Below are positions 11,957 to 22,979 of a DNA stretch of 64,000 nucleotides, in pieces. Position numbers and translations under genes: made by a program. This DNA comes from Vicugna vicugna. Taxonomy: Eukaryota. The notes under the pieces were generated by a model. That model was not told where the DNA came from. It worked only from the letters and a program-made list of their open reading frames with translations, and ran no database searches. The number at the start of each line of letters is the position of its first letter. The stretch's first letter is position 1. The stretch is from assembly GCA_013265495.1 (NCBI GenBank), contig MU057887.1, positions 1,625,985-1,689,984 on the forward strand, in the 5' to 3' direction.

Positions 11957-12152
11957 GCACGGTTTCTCAGCCCCAGGGGCCATGTGGCCGTGGCTGGGTA
12001 CATTTTGATTGCCATGTCTAGGGCAGGGTGTGTGCTATAGGCATGGGGTGGGCTGGGGCAGGGGGTGCATCCTCAGTGCCCAGCGTGTCCCCCACTCCCC
12101 ACACCCAGAACCCTGCAGCCCTAAAATGCACAGAGCTGAGGGTGAGCCCCTG
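11957..12152. mobile_element. MER20 (hAT-Charlie) DNA transposon, GC-shifted
   Basis: CACGGTTTCTCAGCCCCAGGGGCCATGTGG...ACATTTTGATTGCCAT...TGCTATAGGCAT...CATCCTCAGTGCCCAG...CCCTAAAATG...GCTGAGGGTGAGCCCCTG is colinear with recalled MER20. Confidence 0.7.
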
Positions 12153-12418
12153 CCGCGGGGAGCTGACCCAGGAGCTGAGGAGCAGGCAGAGCGCGGGCCT
12201 GTTTTCAGTCCCCAGGCCTCTGGGCCTGTTGGTCGTCGGGGCAGCTCCCTCAGCTGGTTCCACGTTCTCCCTCAGGTCCGTGCTGCTTGGCGATGGAGGG
12301 AGGGGCCATCGTGCATCCACCAGGGGAGGGCGGCACAGCAAGTGTGAGGCCTCCTTAGTGGGGAGTGAGGTGCGGGGCATCCAGGAGGCCTCACGTCTGT
12401 CCTTGCCTCCCTCCGCAG

Positions 12419-12601
12419 GAAGCGCCAGCGACACTGTCCCTCTGCAGCGGTCCCAGTCCCTTCCCTACTCGGCCAGCGGCACGCTGGGAGGGGCGGCCGA
12501 GCCCGGCACCTGCAGCGGCGGTGGTGCAGCCTTGAGTGAGAGAGAGGCGTCGCGGCTGGACAAGTTCAGGCAGCTTCTGGCCGGGCCCCACACAGACCTC
12601 G
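12419..12601 (+). CDS. TBC1D22A: TBC1D22A coding exon 4 (183 nt; SASDTVPLQRSQSLPYS...LSEREASRLDKFRQLLAGPHTDL)
   Basis: Acceptor CCTTGCCTCCCTCCGCAG ending at 12418; donor G|GTGAGT at 12602; phase 1-1. Peptides LQRSQSLP and LSEREASRLDKF match TBC1D22A. Confidence 0.97.
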
Positions 12602-13559
12602 GTGAGTCCCCATGGGAAGTCCGTGCCGCTCGCCTGGTCTCAGGGGGGTCCGGCCTGCCAGGCCCCGTCTGCTGTCATTTAACGCGAGTGTTTCCCGTGT
12701 GACTTAGCTCCTAAGAGGCCAGTCTGTGGTGTTTCATGCCCCCAAGTCACTATGAGTGCCGTCTGTCCTGAAGGTTGACTTCCCGATGCGTTCATAATTG
12801 TGCTCCCGATGCTGTTTGATAAGCACTTTCTGCTCGTTTTCCCCACTCCCCAGTCGTACTCTCTGCTGCCCTGCGGGCTGGCCGGGGGCTTGTCCTCACT
12901 GTCCATGCTGCTCGTGGGGCTGGTGGGCATCGGAGACCCTGACCACTGCGGACTTTGCACCTTCCTGCTGGGGCTGCGGGTTGGCGTGGAGTCTGAGCAC
13001 TGCAGGAGGCAGGGGCCACGGCATGGCCTGGGCGGAGGGGCCAGCAGGGGCCGGGACGGTCGCCAGCGTGGTTCTCGGGGGGCGTGGTCCCCTCGTGGGT
13101 GCTCTGCAGCCAGGCTCTGAGGCCCGTGCTTGCTCTCACGTGCTGCTGGAATTCCACCCAGATCTGTGTCCTTTCATTTCTGTGTCTCCTCTTTGCTGAG
13201 TGCTCCTCATTTTGCTGGAGCTGGGGCTTTCAGGGGATGCAGGTGGCCTGGTCCTGAGGTCACTCAGCTGCGCTCAGAGGGCTGGGGCCTGGGTAGGCGG
13301 TGCCCCGCGTGGCCAGCAGGTGGCGCATGAGGCTCATGGATGGAGGCGGCCAGGCGGGGCTGAGCCTGGGAAGCTGAAGCCGGCCTGGTTCCTGAGGCTG
13401 GAGGAGGCGCCTGGAGGGTCTTGGCGCTCGTGCAGGTTACTCAGTCCATGGCACAGAAGGGCGTGCAGGGAGAACAAGCCCTGCCCCTTCCGCGGCTCCC
13501 CTGCGCCTCCAGCGCATGGTTCCAGTGTCTCCTCCCACACATAGCCCGGCCACAGGTTG

Positions 13560-13671
13560 TGTTCAACTTTTAATTTTGACATCATTTCAAATTTACAGAA
13601 AGGCCACCAGAACAGTACCAGGGTCTCCCATAGACACTTTACCCAGATTCGCCAGTTGTTTACATTTTGTT

Positions 13672-13706
<35 letters not shown>

Positions 13707-13900
13707 CACGCGCTGACGTGGATCCGTGTTTTTCCTGAGCATTGGAGTCAGCTGGAGAGATCATGTCCCTCTGCTCCTCAGAACTTCCTTACTTCTTGAG
13801 AACAAAGCCGTCCTCTCCATATCATCACAGTTTGGCTGTCAAAGTCAGGAAGTTTCACGTCGACAGGGCACCGTCAGCTAACGCGCCGCCCGCCTTCCCA
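13560..13900 (-). mobile_element. L1MC/ME-like 3' fragment containing a (TG)n microsatellite at about 13675-13702
   Basis: TTTTAATTTTGACATCATTTCAAATTTACAGAAA...TTTACCCAGATTCGCCAGTTGTTTACATTTTG is typical of old L1 3' ends. Confidence 0.65.
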
Positions 13901-15114
13901 AACCCTCCTGTGTGCCTCCCTCCCGGCCCAGCATCCCTGCAGGATCGGCGGCCGTCCCGTCTCCGGGAGCTGGAGCGGGGCCGCCCTCGAGTGGTGCCCT
14001 CTGAGGAGGGCGGCCCTTGGAGTGGCTTGTTCCACGTTCCTCCTGATGCGGTTCCGGCGGGTGTTTTTGGTGGGAACTCACTCAATTGATTTGCCTTCTC
14101 ATTAAAATTACACTTAAAAATCAAGCTCTCAAGACTTGCGGGGAAACGCGAGCACGTAAGGACGGACTGAAAGGCTGGCACGCAGAAGTCCTTCTCGTGT
14201 CAGGTTGTGGGATTACGGGTTTTCCCCTTTCTTCAGAATTCTACTTAAATATCAAATCTAACACCAAAAGCTAAAACCAAAGCTTTCACAGTGAAACAAG
14301 GGCTGGATTTGTATTTAGTGGCAGGAGAAATGCAGCCAGTGAATTGCCTGTGTTCGTAGGCCTTTAAGGTAGCTCCGGAGGACAGAGGACTGTATTACGT
14401 TCACGGGACGTAAGGGGCAAATATTTGCCCATGTTGGAGAAGCAAATCCTGACGTGGGAAGTACCCCAGAAACAGTTCCGCCCGCTGAATGTCACTCCAT
14501 CCGTCCGAGCTGTTCTTTGTCTAGCGTGTGTTCTGTTACGAGCCCGGGGACGAAAGTAGCAAACAGAACTTAACAGCTCATTCTGCTCTTAGCATCCACT
14601 CAATATTCACTCGTACAAAGGCTACTGCTTCAAAGTCCAAGAAAATGACACTTGGAGGCTTTCATTTCTGTCATGTGCATCCGTGTGAGTTGGCCGCATG
14701 CAAACGTGCATGTCCTGAGGCCGGCGGGGTGACCGCTCACAGCAGCGGGGCCCCAAGGTCATCTGGTGTGTGGCGGGCGGTCCTGGCACCGGACACTCGG
14801 ACGCGAGCGCTGAGGGAGCAAGACCAGGGGCACGGGCACAGCCCGGTTCCCCATGAGCACCTGGGCCCCCGGGTGGAGGGGTGGCCGTGGGGAGGAGAGG
14901 GGGTGATGCAGAGGTGTTCGCCCAGGACTGAGGGTTTGCCTTCAGTGCCTTCTGGGCCTGGGGCTGGGGGACCGCCCTGCAGGGTCCCGTGGTGGCAGGA
15001 GGGGGAGCCTGTGTGGGAGGTGACTCAGCCTCCTGTCTCATCAGCCACAAGGGGGTGGGGCCTGCCCTGCGGGGTCCGGGTGACTTTGGAGGTCATTTCC
15101 TTGAGGAGCCCATG

Positions 15115-15600
15115 GAGTTCTTCATTTGACCAGTATTCATTGAGCACCTGCTGTGGGGGTGGGCGCTGGGGACAAACAGGGAACCAGACCCCGGGGTCCC
15201 TGCCCTCAGGAGCTGATGTTTGGTGTGGGGACAGACGACGTGTGCAGTCCGTCCTCTGGGAGCTGGCAGGAGGTGGCAGGTGCCCGTGGAGGAGAAGACG
15301 TGCTGAGGGTGGAAGCCGGTGCCGCCACAGCCTGAGTGCTCAGCGAAGATTCTGTGATCGGGGCACGGTCAGCACGAAGGCCAGCCTGAAGATGGCAGGA
15401 ACGACCCTGGCAGACGGGCCAGTGGTGCAGAGGTCCTGCCTGGCGACAGGGCTTCTGGAGTGGACAGGGCCTGGTGTGGAGGGGCCAGAGCCAGCACAGC
15501 GGGAAGGGCAGGTCCCTGGCGGAGGGGGCCAGGAGGAGGCCCTCAGCTTTCACTCTGAGCGCAGTGGCATGAAGGCTCTGGGAAGTTGGGAAGCAGGGGA
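15115..15600 (-). mobile_element. L2 3' fragment
   Basis: TTCATTTGACCAGTATTCATTGAGCACCTGCTGTG...CCCTGCCCTCAGGAGCTGA resembles the reverse complement of the L2 3' end. Confidence 0.65.
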
Positions 15601-15729
15601 GTGAATGTGAATCTGAGCATCCAAATGTGGTTGCTGACTTCTCTGCGGGCCGGTGTCGCCGGTGGCCTTAGGCCGAGGCACAGTCCTGGGTAGCCACGTG
15701 GCAGTGCAGAGGCGGAGGGGTGGGAGGGG

Positions 15730-15813
15730 NNNNNNNNNNNNNNNNNNNNNNNNNNNNNNNNNNNNNNNNNNNNNNNNNNNNNNNNNNNNNNNNNNNNNNN
15801 NNNNNNNNNNNNN
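15730..15813. other. Assembly gap (84 N)
   Basis: Run of n. Confidence 1.
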
Positions 15814-17969
15814 TACGCTTGGGTGATAGACTGGGGGAGGGGTGCAGGGCAGGCTGGGGGGTGGAGGCTGGAAGACTTGGAATTGGGTGGCCCGAGGAGG
15901 GAGGGGCTGTATGACTGCTGGAGCCCTGGGGCTGCAGACGCAGGGACAGCTGGTGGACACAGACCAGAGCACACCCCAAAGATGTGTCATTTCAGTGGGA
16001 AACAAAGTCCGGCACTCATGGAGCGGAGCCGGGGAAGCGGCGTCCCCAGGTAATCGCACACCTGCTGTTGGGACCCTTGCTCTGTGCTGGGCACCGCACT
16101 TTGTGTGCATTTATCTGTGTGTGCACCGTCCCCTAACCCAGACGCACTGGCTGGCCATGCCCGGTAGCAGCCGGCTCCTGTTCTCAGCCGGGGAGGGTGA
16201 GTCTCCGGCTCCAGAGGTGACCCTGCAGCCTCATGGTGAGGGCAGGGCCGGGCGCCCACCAGGTCACCAGCAGCCTCGGCTGTACCCCTTCCTTGTTAGT
16301 GGGGATGGCAGGCAGGGGCCAGCGAGGGATGGCTTCTGGCACGTGGTGGCCAGGAGGGCGCTCCTGCTCCCGCAGGTCCGGGCAGAGGGCCCGCCAGCAC
16401 CCAGGTCCCCCTGCAGCTGCCACCCACCGGCCCGGCAGCCTCGGCCCAGGCCCTGTGGTTCCTGCCCACGGCTCAGAGCCGGAGCTGGCACCCGGAGGGC
16501 TGCTGCGTCCCCTGGGAGGAGGGGGCTCTGCTCGGCCCTTCCCTCTGCATCAAGCCCCCGCTGTGCGGTGTCCGTGATCACCCCTCACGGACTGTTACTG
16601 AAGGGGGATGCGGAAAAGATCATGAGACCCACACACATCAAGCTGCCCCGGTCACAAGGCCGCGGCCTCAGTGCCCTCCTCTTCACTCTGCCCGCTGCTC
16701 ACCACCCCCGAGGGCCCCAGCAGCAGGGGCCCCCGAGCTTACGTCGTCCCCGGGCCCCGGACGGCGGGTGAGCCCTGTGGGGAAACACGGCGGCTCCTGA
16801 CTTCTTCGCACTGCCACCGCCAGCATCCTCTTAGGTGGTGTTTTCACTACGAGATGTGATATTTGAACTACACGTGGTATCATTCAGCTTAAAATACAGC
16901 GAAGTGGGTACGATGTGGTGAAAGTTAAGTATTTCGTTTACTGTCTGTGGTTGAACAAATCTTCAGTTTAATTAGGAAGCCTCTCAGTGTCCTTTCAGGT
17001 AACCGTCTCGTGAATGATGATTTCCTGTGTATGACCTTACAAGCAAATGTTAAAAAATGTTAAGTCTGCTGTACAGGTTTAAAGGAGCAGTTTTAAAAAT
17101 CAGTCTGTTACCTGTTTGTCTTTTTGCTCTAATGGTTTCTTTTGTGGATCAGGACGTTGAAAAAGCAGCCGCATGACCGAGAGCCCGCGGTCTCTCCTCT
17201 GTCTCCGAGGCTGAGGGCGGGGAAGCGGGCGTGAGCGGCTGCTCCTCGCTCTGCGGCCCTGTGTGCAGCGACTCAGCCTCCGTTACCTCCCGCGGTCTGC
17301 AGGTCTCCGGGTCGTGTCCCTCTCACGCCGGGACCTGGAGTTCCTCGCGGGCCGCGCTGTGGGCCATGCGTCCGCGTGTTCAGTGCCCGGGGACCGGGAC
17401 GCTGCGTGGTTAGTGCCACCCACACTAACAAGGAAGGGGTACGGCCGAGGCTCCCAGGAGCTGCCGGTGGACGTCGTCCAGCTTCTCTCTCCCGCCGCCC
17501 CGTCCCCTTAGTGGCCACGGCCTGCCTGGCCCACCGGCTGACGTGGGCTGTTCTGTGTGCGGGGGTGTCCGTTAGGGTTTGTGTTGCTCACAGGTAACAG
17601 GAAACCAGAGCCAGGGCTTTCGGACGGTCGGGTCTGTGTTCCTCAGCAAGGTGTCCTGTTGGCGTCCTCGCAGCGACCCCGTCCAGGACCTGAGCTTGTG
17701 GCCACAAGATGGCGGTCCCCACCCTTGCCGAGGGGAAGGGCCGTCCCCACAGTGTCTGTATGCTTAAGCAGGAGAGCAGCGTGTGGCCCGAGCTGGCTCA
17801 CGTGGCCTCCCCTGGCTGCAGGGGCGCTGAGAAGTAGGGGCCTTGTGGGCTTGGCCGTCGGCACTGCGGACTGCGGTTCTGGTGACGGGGACGAGGGCGG
17901 GGATGGACACCGGGTAGATGGCCGCTGTGTGCGCCACCCAGGTAGGCGTGTGTATGCCTGTCACCTCAC

Positions 17970-18135
17970 CAGACCTCCGGCTCCTCGAGGTCAGGGACTG
18001 TCCTTACACTGCGTTTTTTAACCCGCGGCTGGAGTCTGGCCCTGTCCCGACCCCGCAGTGGAGACCCGGGGAATGTCTGAGTTGTGTTGAACTGTATCCA
18101 CAGTCTTGGGTGCGGAGGGGATGGGTGAATGAACT
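17970..18135 (+). mobile_element. L2 3' end
   Basis: CTCCTCGAGGTCAGGGACTGTCCTT...GAATGTCTGAGTTGTGTTGAA...GGGTGAATGAA. Confidence 0.5.
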
Positions 18136-18970
18136 CTGACTTTTCATAGTCAAAGGCACGGCTTTCAGAATGAGCCCTCTTGTGTCCTGTTTTTTCCCCA
18201 AAGTGTAGCTGAGACTCCAAAGGGCTACAAACCAAAACATAGCCAGGTGTCTAGTCCTGCAAACTGCAAAGAAAATAGTACTTTTGTTTAAAGACCACTT
18301 AAGCTTCTTGGAATCTGTTAATAAACAAAAAAAGACAGAGAACGACCACACACCCTGATACATGGAGCGGAGCTGAGAAAGAAGCAAGCTAAGAAAGGAT
18401 ATGAAAATGTGTTGCCTTAGGGAGATGTGGTTATGACTTTAACCTCCTGGGGGCTTTGGTTGTAACGGTGAGCTGTCATCCACGGCCCGAGGACGGGGGG
18501 TGACGGGAGCCTGGGTGGGGAGAGGGGAGTGTCTGTGGCAGGAGGTCACACCTGGGTCTGGAGTGGGCAGAGCAGGGGCAGTCCTTGCCACCCAGATTCG
18601 GGGTATGTGCTTGTGGAACTGGGTTTGGTAATGAGGGCTGGGAGTCCTCCTTGCTCCAGGGGCCGGCCTTCTGAGAGCTGCTGAGCAAACAGGACGGCTT
18701 TCATTTCCCAGGCCCCTCCCAGACACGTGGACATTGCATTTTCCTAGGCTCCCGACGGGCTCTGTGACGACAGACCCTGTCTGGTGCATTCTGGAAACAA
18801 CATCTTCTAAACTTGCCCGTGAAGCTAGAGAGAAGAGGGTGTCTTCCAGGAGGGAAGCTGGAAGAGGCGGTGAGGAGCTGGCAGCCGCTGTGGGCGTGGC
18901 GGAGGGCGGGGAACGCAGCCGCAGGACTGTTTGACTTCTCTGGGATCAGGTCAGGGGCTTTGGGGCGGCA

Positions 18971-19027
18971 GTGGCGGTGGCCTTGGTGGTGGTGATGGTG
19001 GTGGCAGTGATGGTGGTGGTGATGGTG
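18971..19027. repeat. Imperfect (GGT)n triplet repeat
   Basis: gtggcggtggccttggtggtggtgatggtggtggcagtgatggtggtggtgatggtg. Confidence 0.85.
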
Positions 19028-20014
19028 AGCTTCGGCTGGGTGCTTGCTGTGTGTCACGTACGTGGAAACGCACGGAGCCCCCGAGAAACCTGTCAGAGAG
19101 GGTGCGGCACGGCGGCTGTCCGCTCCGGCTTCCGTCCTCCTGGTCCCTGTCACTCTGGGTTTTCCACAGACAGAGCCCCGACTCGCTGTGGCGCTTTGTC
19201 CTGGAGGGTGTCTGGTTCCTCTCCTTCCGAGCTCCCTTTGCCAGGTTGCCTTCCTGTGTCTGTCCGTCTGTCTGGTTGGCACTTACGAGTAGGAAGGACG
19301 AGGAGTGTGTTAGAGACGAGAAGCAAGAACGAGGGGGAGGAAAGAGGCCGGCGCCGTTTGGCCTCGTCACTCCTGGGCCCTCTGTGGCCCTGAAGGGCCT
19401 GTCATCATCCCTTCGTGGGAGGGAGACAGCCGTCACGTGTGCAGGGACAGGGGCTGGGGAAGCCGACGTGGGGCCCCGGGTTCACACGTCCTGGACCCCT
19501 GCTCTGCAGCGCCCTGGGGATGGGGGCCTGTGTGGTGAAAAAGCACATGGAGTTGATGAGCGGGGACACTGGTGGTGGCAGGTCAGGAGACGATAAACCG
19601 TCTCAGGAGGAGCAGGCGTCCTCTACATGCCCTGGGGCCACGAGGGAGCAGGGACTGAGGGCTTCCAGGGGCAGCGGGAGTCTGGGCCACGCTGCTCTGG
19701 GGGTGAGTGGGCACTCTGCTTGTCGCCTTGCGGGCCTGTTCAGCTTGACACTGTGGTCATTGGAAAGCGTGACTTGAAAGCTCCTGGGGTGCTGGGGTGC
19801 AGGTGCACACAGACGCCGTCCAAAATGGCCGGTGACCAGGCCACAGGCAGTGTGACCTTCGGAGCCCTTGCCGGGGACTCCGTCATGTGTGCACGGCTCT
19901 GAGGCCCACGGGCCACTTCGCTCTGAGCTGGTTCTGAGGCGCTGTGGGTGTCTGTGCCCAGGGTAGGAAGGGAGGGAGGGCCTCACTGGCATGGTGACGC
20001 CCTTGTCAGGGGCT

Positions 20015-20325
20015 GTTCGGGCTGCAGGGACAGAAGGCTGGAGGCTGGGTGGCTGCGACTGGCATTCGTGTCTCGTGGCTCTGGAGGCTGAGTCCAAGGT
20101 CAAGACCCCAGCAGGCTCCGTACCCAGTCAGGGCCCTCTTCCAGGTTCCTAGACCGAGCCTCCTTGCTGTCCTCACACGGCGGGAGGGGCGAGGGAGCTC
20201 AGGGCCCAGGCCCACTCATGAGGGCCCCACCTCGTGACCAGGCACCTCCTGAGGCCCCACCTCTGAGCACCGTCACTGTGGGAGTCGGGATAGCATGTGC
20301 GTTTTGGGGGCACAGCCCCAGTCTG
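20015..20325. mobile_element. MaLR LTR (MLT1A-like)
   Basis: CTCTGGAGGCTGAGTCCAAGGTCAAG...TTGCTGTCCTCACACGGCGG...CATGAGGGCCCCACCTCGTGACC...TTTTGGGGGCACAG. Confidence 0.72.
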
Positions 20326-22035
20326 GGGCAGCTGTCCTGCTCAATGAGACACAGCCCTCTCGGTCCCTGCCCCACGCTCTGCAGGGCAGACGGTGTCTGT
20401 CTGTAGAGGTCTTCCTCGGAGAGTCTCTCCTCGGTTCAGCTTTGACCCTCAGCAGTCAGGAGTGTCTCCCCATTCTGCAGATGGGGAGACTGAGGCTCAG
20501 AGGAGGAGGAGGACCTGCAGAGATCCTGCCCACGGTAGCCGTGGCCCCGGGTTCTCCACTCGTCTCTGACGCCACGCTGCACTCTCAGTCTGCTGGGACA
20601 CGAGAAGGTCAGTTCCAGAAGCTGAGGGTAGAGGGTTACCTGGTCCAAGACTGACTAAGGCAAAGGAAGGCCTTCCTGATGAAGAGGCGCGCGAGGCCTG
20701 GGAGAGAAGTAATTCAGCCTCCTCAGAGCGGGCGACACGGGGCGGGAGCTGCAGGATCGGGGAGCACTGGGTGCTGTGTAGGGAGGCGCAGGGGCTTGTG
20801 CGGAGCGAAGTCCTGCCAGGTGAGGCTTTGGTCTGGTCTTGCGCCAGCTCTTGAGACATGAACACAGACTGAAAGCTCCCTGGTGCAGTCTTAGACCACG
20901 TTCAGGTCGGTCCCAAGGGAAAAAGTTCAGGTTTGCTTAAAATGCTTAAAAAAGTAACGTTCTTTTTCCTAAGATAAGCTGTCCAGAAAAAATGAGTTAA
21001 GATATGTTTTAAGCCCATGTTTTAACCCAAGTGTCGTTGTAGGTTCTAGGAGTAAGAACACCTAAATTATAGAAAAGCCAGTCATCCTGCCCCCTGACGC
21101 CTGCGTCTCGGCGGGCAGAGGAGTGTGGGAAGCAGACTGTGGGCTTTGGGGCCTCATAGGTCATGCACGCTTTGCCATTTACTGGCAGAATGACCTTGGC
21201 AGGTTTTTTTTACCCCCCAGGTTCTTGGAGCGTTGGTTTCTTCATCTGTCAGGTGGGAGTGAAGGTGCTGCCGCATCCCGCTCCGGGAGCAGCGGCGGCG
21301 GCCGCGCGGTGGGCGCGCCCTGGTGCCGGGGCCGCGTCGCCCGCCCGCGGAGGCCGCGAGGACACAGGCGCTGTGCGTTACCCGTCCCGGTTACTGCGGT
21401 GCCACCCGCCTCTCCCTGGCCGCTGCAGTCTTCATAGCCGTCCTTTTGAATGACTGCACAATGTTTTGAAAGTGATCTTTACTTGAAATCCTTATTAAAA
21501 TTGTGTATGTGTCTAAATCAACGTTTAATTTATTTGCTAAGTCAAAATCTAGACGTATTTAATCGTATTCCAAATACATACTCTAAACTCAGTAACGTTG
21601 TTCCTTGAGATTCTGGAGGAGGGGGAGGGGTGAGAGCACTTAAAGTATGGCAACTGGTAGTTTATGTGTATTTTTGTTTTCCAGTTTGTTTTTCCCTTTT
21701 TAAGTCGGAGAAACTACATTATCCAAAGTTAAAAAAATTCACTTACACAATGGCAGGTACACCTCCCTCCTGCCCCCGCCCAGCAGCTCCGCTCCTGGGC
21801 TTCCCTCTTTCACAGGTGCTCTGTACGCAGGTGCGTGCAGCTGTCTCCCCCCCCACCCCTTGTTCTTCTTAAAAAACAGATGGAAGCGTGTTAGTCTCAG
21901 GTGCACCTTTTCTCACTTTATCCGTGTTGGAGGGCCTGAGAGTGGGCGACATCAGCACGTGTGCACAGCCGTTGTTTTATTTATTTAAGCCTCAGATGGC
22001 ATCAAAGTCATCAAATTTTCAAGTGAAATATTCTT

Positions 22036-22131
22036 TTGTAAAAAATTGAGGTGAAATTCACATGACATACAATTAACCATTTTGAAGTGTACAATTTCGT
22101 GGTGTTCAGCATGCCTGCAGTGTTTGTGCTG
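22036..22131 (-). mobile_element. Short L1 3' tip (L1MB-like)
   Basis: AATTGAGGTGAAATTCACATGACATACAATTAACCATTTTGAAGTGTACAATT. Confidence 0.7.
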
Positions 22132-22145
22132 CCTAAAGTATTCTT

Positions 22146-22274
22146 TTTTTAAAACATATTTTTATTTTATTACTTATTTATTTTATTTTTCCTCTTATCA
22201 GAGGCACTGAGGATTGAACCCAGGACCTTGTGCGTGCCAAGCACATGCCCTACCACTGAGCTAGACCGCCACCC
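22146..22274 (-). mobile_element. Vic-1-like tRNA-Ala-derived SINE with TSD
   Basis: Minus strand GGGGTGGCGGTCTAGCTCAGTGGTAGGGCATGTGCTTGGCACGCACAAGGTCCTGGGTTCAATCCTCAGTGCCTC (A/B boxes) plus A-rich tail. TSD CCTAAAGTATTCTT (22132-22145) / CCTAAAATATTCTT (22275-22288). Confidence 0.88.
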
Positions 22275-22289
22275 CCTAAAATATTCTTA

Positions 22290-22979
22290 GTGAGAATCGA
22301 GCTACCATACGATCCAGCAGTTCCACTTACGAGATTTATCCAAAGGAAACGAAGACGCTAACTCGGAAAGAGACTTGCATCCCTCCACGTTCACAGTGGC
22401 ATTACCTGCGGTAGCCGAGACACGGAAACAGCCTAAGTGTCCACCAGTGGATGAACGGGTAAAGAGAGTGTGGTACACACACACGGGCACAGCCACGCGC
22501 ACACACACACAAAGGAATATTGCTCAACCATACGAAGCTTGAGCCCTTGTCATTTGTGACGACCTGGTTGGCCCTTGAGGGTATTATGCTAGGTGACGTG
22601 AATCAGGCAGAGAAAGGCAGATGCCATGTGATCTCAGTTACATGTGGGATCCAAAGTGCAAATGGAAACAAACAGCTGAGCCTGAGCCGTAGGTGCTGGG
22701 AACAGACTGGTGGTTGCCAGAGGTGAGGGTTGGGGGCCGGTGAAACGGCTGAGGGAGTCGAGGGGGGCAAGCTCGCGGTTACAAAATAATACCGGGCTGC
22801 GCATTTGGAAGTTGCTGCGAGAGTGACACTTGCAGGTCCTCCTCACGAGAAAAAACATTTTGTACCTGCGTGGTGACGGGTGTTCACTAGACTTATTGTG
22901 GTGATCACTTCACGTGTACAAATACTCAGTCCTTTTGTTGTGTAGCTGAAACTAACACGTCAGTTATGCCTCCATCAGG
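22290..22979 (+). mobile_element. L1 (L1MA-like) ORF2 end + 3'UTR, sense orientation
   Basis: GAGCTACCATACGATCCAGCAGTTCCACTT...CCTAAGTGTCCACCAGTGGATGAA; ORF peptide FVTTWLALEGIMLGDVNQAEK. Flanked by AATATTCTTA at 22280 and 22980. Confidence 0.88.

Noticed and set aside
14528..15604. 358-aa plus-strand ORF
   Set aside because: Runs through an L2 relic, is G/R/P-rich and has no domain signature.
15842..16771. 309-aa plus-strand ORF
   Set aside because: Low-complexity P/R/G/A translation of GC-rich intron; no supporting features.
17010..17090. Possible C/D snoRNA (ATGATGA box C)
   Set aside because: No suitably placed CTGA box D or terminal stem seen.
18701..19282. ORF with a poly-His tract
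   Set aside because: The His run is simply the (GGT)n repeat read on the minus strand.
22201..22274. tRNA-Ala gene (also at about 27940, 38155 and 40665)
   Set aside because: A-rich tails, TSDs and broken stems identify these as tRNA-derived SINEs.
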